DNA from: Amoebophrya sp. A120
Lineage: Eukaryota > Protista > Dinoflagellata
Reading direction: 5' to 3'
Length of the DNA: 64,000 bases
NCBI GenBank assembly: GCA_905178155.1
Contig: CAJINV010000003.1
Coordinates: 2,893,715-2,957,714 of the forward strand
The translations under genes were made by a program, and so were the position numbers. Below the pieces are notes generated by a model that worked only from the letters and a program-made list of their open reading frames with translations, searched no databases and was not told where the DNA came from. Below, piece by piece: positions 57,187 to 64,000 of this stretch (position 1 is the stretch's first letter; each line of letters opens with the position of its first letter).

Positions 57187-58345
57187 ATTAATCCGCAGCT
57201 GGAAATGGAATGGTTCGTTTCGTTCTCGTCAAGGACGGCGAAGATAACACAGCTCGAACGAACTTTGTTCTCAGGATGATCTTCCAAGCGAATAGGTTCG
57301 CGTACTGAAGATTTTGTCTGCAGTGGTCGGCCCGTGCACCGGGGCATGCTATTGATACATCTTCTCGCAAGCGAAAGCGAGCATTCCCCAATCAAAAAAA
57401 AACCGTAGCACTCTGATGTTTTGTTCAGAAAAACACAATCGCACGTGGAGCTCCTGCGCAACTTCTATGCGGTCGTTTGTAATTGCAGCTAGTATTCCTA
57501 GGATTGTGTGAAAGGGCGCAGTGATACTACGAAGCGCCACAGAGGCAGCGGCGCAGAACCGGTAAAAAGAGGTTCGCGAGGTCGCAAAACGCAGTGGCTT
57601 GCTCAATAAAAGAGGAAGCCGAGGGTCGTTTCTAGAACTCTGTAGGTTGCTGGAAGGATTTGAGGGGGCAAGAGGCGTTAGTTTTCGCGAAAAACAAAAA
57701 AAAATTTGCATCTAGATCGACCCGGCAAAAATGCACGTCGAGGCAGATCGGACGGTTTTTTTTACTGTGCGGTGCACGGTCGTGAGGCAAGATCTATCAG
57801 TACGAAAACGATTTTTCAATGAAAAACGGATCTTCCTCGTCTGTCAAAATCATTCCTTTTTTCAGCGGCGTTCATTTTCTTCAGAAGGGTGCAGTACATG
57901 CACATAATTTGTGATTTGCATCTAGGTGTTGTATTGTACGAGTACGGATCAGCCTAAATTACGCTTTGTTGAGCGCGTAAAAAAGGCAGATGCACGATGC
58001 AAGTGTTGGACGAACAATGCTTCGCGAGCAGCACTGAGGAACGAAAAACGTAGTTCGCAGCACAACCTTTTTTGGTAGTTTTTCTTGTTACAAGAATGTC
58101 GTGTCATGATATGTACGAATGTGTTCTTGGAAAATAGACAGCACGATCTTAGTACGCGTCTAGGTTTGAGGGAATGTTTGCAAAATTATGTGTCTGATGC
58201 GACACAAAATGCAGCTGCTTTTTCATCGAATATGAATTTGAATGGGCGCCACTGTGCCTCGTCAGCAAAACCTAAATCCGGTCTTTGATTACACAGGGGA
58301 TGGAGGCAGTTCTCATGCGCGGGAGGCACTACCACGGTACATCCG

Positions 58346-59674
58346 TCAGAGCTTGGACGAGGTTGTACTAGCCAAACTCTCCTGTCGAGATGTCCAAAAC
58401 CAACTGTACTGCTCTAGGCGCATAGTCGCGATGAAAGCGCAAGTGGCTTCGTGCGTTCGCCACTCGTACTCCACTGCAGAGACGCGCTTTTCATCCTGGT
58501 CCGATACAACAGACGAGCGTCTGGTCATCATCTCCCGCGTTCGAAGAAGTCCAACCTTCCGGTGGAAGTCAAGTGGCCGCCCGCCCGCCCAGACGTCGAA
58601 TCGCTGGCGGTGCGGAAGGTCCCAATTCCCGTGAATCAGCGCAACGTGCTGGCAGGTCTTCAAACTGTCGATGATTTCGTGGACGAGCATTCGGCGGGAA
58701 CTCGGGCTCCTCTCTTCCAGCCCGTACGTGGGGAACTGCCGTGGCATCGAGAGATGCCCCAACAAATTCGTTACCTGCTCGGACGCACGTCGTTTTATGG
58801 TACTTGGAGAACTCTTGATCTCCGTGCTCGACCTACTACTGCTCTCCGCAGCACGACTCAACGGCCGTGCCGGGCATGATGTAGGAGAATCGGAACTGCC
58901 GCCTATAATTCCGTCTACGGATTTCCGACGCTTAAAGCTGCGGTAGGACATCTCGGTAAGCTTGTGCAGGGGGCGGTAAACCAGGTGATGGGGCAGGCTA
59001 GCCAAGAACCTTGTTTGCTGTTCGCCGTGACTAGTCGAGATCGGTTCTGGATACCCGGGTGTCGCCAGGATAACAAGACGGTCGATAGTGAGGGACGCAG
59101 TGTCGAACCGCTCTGGATCTTCTACCGCTGAGGCAGATGCAGACGCTGCGAGAAACTCTTGGTAATACATTTCCATCGCTACCCGGGCACCCATACTGCA
59201 TCCAGCAATAGTGAGTTTCGGAGGAGCTGCACCCTTGTTTATTTTCCCGACAACGCTAATATTCTTTCGTCTTTCACACGTGGTCGACCCAGTTCCGCTT
59301 GTGCGAGAAAGGTGCCGTTGTCTATACCATCCCAGTTCATCCAGAAGCGCAAAGACGGGCCTAAGCCAGTTCTTGGCCGTGGGCGCAAAGTCTCCTTCGG
59401 CCTCGAACGGTCGGCTCTTGCCATGCCCGGGGAAATCGATGAGGAGGCCCGGTAACCCGTGCAGACTGCAAACTCGACGCGCGGTGGTCCGCCAGCAGCT
59501 CTGGGATTGCGTCCAGCCGTGCAAGTACAGGACGCGGCGCTGGTCTAGTGCCGCGGGAGAACAGCCGAGAAAATCACTGCGCCGTATAATGGTGTAAGCC
59601 AGGCCCCGCGCAGACTGCCCTTCGACCTCAACGAGCCGTGCTGCTGCTTCAGAACCCGAGGATCGAGAAGTCAT
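58346..59674 (-). CDS. Alpha/beta hydrolase
   Basis: LYLHGW, IDFPGHGKS, GCSMG (GxSxG nucleophile elbow), IHGNWD and a C-terminal His. Intronless. Confidence 0.8.
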   Translation of the reverse strand: MTSRSSGSEAAARLVEVEGQSARGLAYTIIRRSDFLGCSPAALDQRRVLYLHGWTQSQSCWRTTARRVCSLHGLPGLLIDFPGHGKSRPFEAEGDFAPTAKNWLRPVFALLDELGWYRQRHLSRTSGTGSTTCERRKNISVVGKINKGAAPPKLTIAGCSMGARVAMEMYYQEFLAASASASAVEDPERFDTASLTIDRLVILATPGYPEPISTSHGEQQTRFLASLPHHLVYRPLHKLTEMSYRSFKRRKSVDGIIGGSSDSPTSCPARPLSRAAESSSRSSTEIKSSPSTIKRRASEQVTNLLGHLSMPRQFPTYGLEERSPSSRRMLVHEIIDSLKTCQHVALIHGNWDLPHRQRFDVWAGGRPLDFHRKVGLLRTREMMTRRSSVVSDQDEKRVSAVEYEWRTHEATCAFIATMRLEQYSWFWTSRQESLASTTSSKL

Positions 59675-60610
59675 CTCATTCGTGTTTCAATGAGTGGTCG
59701 GCAGACGCAAGATAAAATTCTGGCATTTGAACTGACTCTTCTAGGATGAATGGTCGTACTTCTCCGCCCTATGCAAAGCACAAGTCGAAGATGATGACTC
59801 GTTGTTTGGTAGGCACAAAGATGCCGAAATGCTTCCTGTTCCTCGCCTCGACTCAAAAGCATCGATCTCTCGAGACTGCTACTTCCTATACATAGATATC
59901 GTGTTTCTCTCTCGGCGGTGTGCCATTTGCGTTTACCTCAGACCGGGTGACGGCTTCGCCTTTAGTTCGCCTTTGATGACTACATCTACATGGTGGAGAC
60001 GCCTCACCTGAGTTACAGTTGTTCTTGAAACGTTCTTCCACCGAATACAGTATGGTGCACGAACGACGCATCGCGAGCACTTGCACAAGACCTCCGTGAA
60101 AGGCGCACTTTCCGTGCACGAGGTCATGAGTTGCCGCTTCGCTCTTTTCGGCAGCAAACCCATTTGATTCTCCGCATAAGCACGCAGTTTTTCTGCTTCA
60201 TCACCCGGATGTTTCCCATAGATAAACCTATATCAATCTGTTGTTCTTGTTCTCTATTTCAAGTAAATTTCTTCTGTCTTTGGGCTTTTTTTCAGCAAGT
60301 TCATTCTTTATTTCGTGATACAATGGGTACTTCCACTCCGGTTTCACGATTGTCATTTTAGATGAGATCCCCATGATCGTTCCGAGGCATAAAAACTACT
60401 AGCGGATTTGCGTGTTGTCAGAAAAGCTGATGAAGGTGTTTGCTTTTTGCAGCGAGATTCTGGAAAAGCGCGGGGGGTGCATTCATTGTGATAGTTTGTG
60501 AACCGCAGCGAGCTAAGAAAGATTGTGGAAAGTGAGTTGCTCTCGCCGCTCCGAAAACCTTTACAATACTGCGACTGCCAATCGAGCTAGCATGCCGACA
60601 AAAGAAGTCG

Positions 60611-61519
60611 TCAATCGATGTGCGATCCCGCGATGGGGTACCGCAAACGCAACTCTGGCTGCTCTGCTTGATGCATGATGTCGCTTTGGTCTGGGTCTGG
60701 AAACAATTCCAAACCTTCAACATCATTATCCGGTGAACCCGAGGGGGAAGACGACCTAGATGAGATTGCGGAAAAAGCCTGCTCGTCTGGGTCTTCCATC
60801 GTGGTGGACCGGGAGGCTTGACGAACGCAACACGCAACCTGCTTCATCTCATCGTCTTCTGACCGAGCCGGAGAAGGTTCGTGTTTGTCGGGCCCCAGTG
60901 CATCAATCCGGCGCGACGCGGACTGGATTTTTATTCGCGTAGCTGTTCTGGGAGTGAGCAAAGTTGTCACAGCGCGGGCGGCCTTATTGTATGAAATAAG
61001 GCTTGAAGAAGACGATGAACAAACTCCATCCGCATGGACATCCTCTGGCCCTTCTTTCTCGATTTGCAGATGCGGGTGCGAAGTGGTTCTCCCTGCATCC
61101 TCCTCCGCGCGACAGCTGTGGTCGTCCATTCGCTGCTGCATCGGGACCCGGGTCCCAATTGGTAAGGCAGCGAGAGAGTGTAGTCGCGCTCTTGTACTAC
61201 TGGGCGTCGGTTCTGGGAAACGCTTCAGACCGCAGATCAGCTTTCCCCACTGCATACACCCGCCACAGCACTCCAACCCGTCTCGGCAGCAATCGCAGTG
61301 CGGGCAGGCCGTAACCGGTTCGGGTTGCCGATATGTTCCTGTGGCTTCCTCTGACGAGGCTGTGAGTCCCTTTTTATCCGATCGGAATCGTACGGACACG
61401 GCTGTTGCAGGCTCTGGTGCACTCAGAACCGCAGAGCAACACACGAAGCAAAATGCACGGTAGACCCGGGCTACCGGCTTTAGCCAACACGATGGAATCA
61501 TGCTCGCGGTGGGAAACAT
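60611..61519 (-). CDS. Hypothetical protein with Cys cluster (CPHCDCCRDGLECCGGC)
   Basis: Long ORF with a hydrophobic N-terminal stretch and an acidic C-terminus; no family recognised. Confidence 0.4.
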   Translation of the reverse strand: MFPTASMIPSCWLKPVARVYRAFCFVCCSAVLSAPEPATAVSVRFRSDKKGLTASSEEATGTYRQPEPVTACPHCDCCRDGLECCGGCMQWGKLICGLKRFPEPTPSSTRARLHSLAALPIGTRVPMQQRMDDHSCRAEEDAGRTTSHPHLQIEKEGPEDVHADGVCSSSSSSLISYNKAARAVTTLLTPRTATRIKIQSASRRIDALGPDKHEPSPARSEDDEMKQVACCVRQASRSTTMEDPDEQAFSAISSRSSSPSGSPDNDVEGLELFPDPDQSDIMHQAEQPELRLRYPIAGSHID

Positions 61520-61947
61520 AGGTCGAACAAGTAGAATGTTGGTTTCGTATATCAAAAAAGGCACCGAGGAGCAGTTCTTGGGGCTTTCGCGGGACAAAAT
61601 CAAAATCAAAAGATTGAAATTCGTCAAAATCCAGTATCGAACGAAACTCTGAGTCTGCATAATCGCAGAGAAAAAGAGCCCGGCCGTTCAGGGAAGGCGC
61701 GGCCATCCCGGACCCACTGCACAACGAACAAGCACACCCAAACCTTTTACGAGCGGTAGTGGTTTGACTGTGTGCGCCATTCCACTGGGCTTGCAACTTT
61801 GGATGATCAGGCAAGGGTTGTAGGTGAGTAACCGCATCGCGTTTGCGTAAACAGCAGGTCAGTTTGCTGGTTGGAGGACTCTGATGTGTCTGTCGCGCTA
61901 CGTCACCTATGTGTATGTTCAAGTTTCACAGTGTCGCAACATCACAC

Positions 61948-64000
61948 TCAAACAGGCGGCGTATGGAACTTTAGCGAATACGATGCTTGCGTTGGGACTG
62001 GTCCCTTGAACCGTTCGTTCAGCATTTGCAGGTAGCTGACCCCGACATAGTGGGGCATCCCGGGTGTGAAACCACCACGAACCACCACTATCGTCGGCTC
62101 CTCAAACCGGGAAATTGTGCCGCGCCAGAGTCCATTCACGTACACCAAAACCGCGTCGAATTCTTTCGGTGGGGGATCCAACAGTACTTCGAGGATACCG
62201 ACCGGTAATGCCTGCGCGACTGCTCCCTGCGACGGGTCGCTAGAAACGAGATCCATGGTCGTGACGGTGGAGTTTATCGTAGTGTTGGCGAACAACGTCC
62301 CGTTCGTTGTCGCATTGACGACGGTCGACGCATTCGTCCAATTCGTGCTGTTCGTGTCGTCTTCTTCGTCCGAACCGGCGCCCGGGGCGGGGGAGAAAAG
62401 GCTAGCGGGTAGGCTAGGTAGTTGCGGAACAGGAACCGAGTAAGCAAAGCCCAGACGCGCTGGCGGGTCCGGACGGTACTGCAGGGGAGCAAGGCCGCCG
62501 TTGGGCACCAGCCCCCATCTCGCGACCCCGTCAAGAAACAAACCGGTTCCTATCCCCAACCAGATGGCAGAGGTTTTGTGCACGGGCGCTTGCGCAAGGG
62601 GTATCATCACGAGGCCGATGCTGGCGTGGTGCAGATGCGGGGAAAAGTGCTTTCTCACCTCGCTACCGTCGTGCCAGGTCACGATCGGATGCAGAACGCA
62701 CAGCAGAAAGTAAACGACGATGGTTCGTCGCCATTGCGACTTTCGCTTTTGGATCCCTGCGCGGTTTATTGCCTCTGCTCGCCGATTTTGATCAGCCTGC
62801 TCTTCGCCGCTTTTCCCCACTTTTCCAGACACGTCGCCAGTGATGTTATCTTCTGTGACGACGCCTCGGTGACCAAGGTCCGCAACCGCAGTTGATCTTG
62901 GCTGGCCAGCATCTTCTAAAGAGTCCTCAGGACGCGTCAACCCGGCGTCATCGTGGTCTGCCAAGACCACTTCAGACGATGGGTTGTTCGCACCGCGTTC
63001 CTGTGACGGCGCAGGGTCGTCTCTTTGCGCACTCTCCGAAACGATCATCAGGGTTGCTTGCTTTTCGTCCACCCCCTTCGTTTCCCCCACCTCAACCTGG
63101 GGTCGAGTTTCAGCGTCGAACTCTCGACTCTCCTCCTGCTTCTCCCTTTCGTCCGTGCCTGCGTCTCGTCCTTTAAGCGAACTAGAACTCTTCCTCGATC
63201 CAATTGACGCGAACATCATCTGCCACCACTCCGCACACCGCTGGGACACTTTCTCGGCGGATACTGGGAAGAAGAAGCAGCACAAGGCGCGCAAGACTTC
63301 CAAGAGAAGAAGCGCGACAAACACGATGAGAGCCCAAAACCAGACCACCGATTTCCCCTCCGTGTTGTCGGAGTCCGCGGATTCCTCCCAAACGCTCGCC
63401 GACAAGTTCGAGTCGAAGCTGTTCACCGGCACCACGTTATCAATTTCCGGAAAGAAGCCGAACATGATGCAGTGCGGGACGAGAAAGCACGTGCGCAAGC
63501 AACACAGATCTAGCAAGCCCTGCGGTGGGCCTTTGGTACCGCCTTGAGTCGTGCTGATCAACACGCCCTCTCGCTCGACACCGTCGACGTCGTCCTTGTC
63601 GAGGACGACCATCGAACGCGTCTCTACGATTCCACCGGCGGGAAACAGGAACGGAAATTGGAACATGTAAAAGCAAACCCACAACAGCGACAGGCAAATC
63701 AGCATGGTAATGGGCACGGCCACTAGGGACGTTTGCGGGTCCGGAGTCGGCAGTTGGAAGAAAAGGATGTGCACCACGGCCACGCTCCAAGCCGCAACGA
63801 AGAACCAGCTGCTGCCGTGCAGTCGATTGCTGAGCGCCTTGTGCAGTTCTTCGTCACGATTGTCTTTCCGGGTGGACCGGTGGAAGACTTCTTGCAGCCA
63901 AGCAGTGCCAAAAAGGTACAAGGCAGCAAACGTGAACGCGATCGGCTCCACCACACTCAACACCTCTGCGTACGACCAAGCCGTGCTGTCGCACTGGTCA
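61948..64000 (-). CDS. Multi-pass membrane protein, 5' end outside window
   Basis: ORF of 671+ aa with several TM helices, the segment HLHHASIG…GLFLDGVARWG (recalled as similar to fungal LCCL-associated membrane proteins) and clustered N-x-S/T sites. Confidence 0.65.
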   Translation of the reverse strand, partial: DQCDSTAWSYAEVLSVVEPIAFTFAALYLFGTAWLQEVFHRSTRKDNRDEELHKALSNRLHGSSWFFVAAWSVAVVHILFFQLPTPDPQTSLVAVPITMLICLSLLWVCFYMFQFPFLFPAGGIVETRSMVVLDKDDVDGVEREGVLISTTQGGTKGPPQGLLDLCCLRTCFLVPHCIMFGFFPEIDNVVPVNSFDSNLSASVWEESADSDNTEGKSVVWFWALIVFVALLLLEVLRALCCFFFPVSAEKVSQRCAEWWQMMFASIGSRKSSSSLKGRDAGTDEREKQEESREFDAETRPQVEVGETKGVDEKQATLMIVSESAQRDDPAPSQERGANNPSSEVVLADHDDAGLTRPEDSLEDAGQPRSTAVADLGHRGVVTEDNITGDVSGKVGKSGEEQADQNRRAEAINRAGIQKRKSQWRRTIVVYFLLCVLHPIVTWHDGSEVRKHFSPHLHHASIGLVMIPLAQAPVHKTSAIWLGIGTGLFLDGVARWGLVPNGGLAPLQYRPDPPARLGFAYSVPVPQLPSLPASLFSPAPGAGSDEEDDTNSTNWTNASTVVNATTNGTLFANTTINSTVTTMDLVSSDPSQGAVAQALPVGILEVLLDPPPKEFDAVLVYVNGLWRGTISRFEEPTIVVVRGGFTPGMPHYVGVSYLQMLNERFKGPVPTQASYSLKFHTPPV

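Overview
Eukaryotic genomic DNA, most likely a syndinian dinoflagellate such as Amoebophrya. This is inferred from the gene block all on the minus strand, the short GT-AG introns, and non-canonical introns with terminal inverted repeats flanked by 4-5 bp direct repeats. About 15 minus-strand genes can be read: a WW/B-box protein, an eIF4E-family protein, a PP2A-B56/PDK1-like kinase fusion, a small CCHC zinc-knuckle protein, an SLC13 transporter, a giant HEAT-repeat membrane protein, a GT2-like glycosyltransferase, an SDR, an RCC1/BLIP-II surface protein, a giant protein with a prion-like N-terminus, an alpha/beta hydrolase and several hypotheticals. Main highlights: (1) The SDR gene appears split by a 4,014-bp palindrome-packed insertion (34727-38740) bracketed by three copies of its own coding sequence. 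The copies supply a GT donor, a central CAG|GT site (candidate recursive-splicing point) and an AG acceptor that restores the reading frame. (2) Three TAT...ATA inverted-repeat introner-like elements can only be removed at non-canonical boundaries. Two of them belong to one family and sit in opposite orientations in the same gene. All splicing models are read by eye and need RNA-seq.
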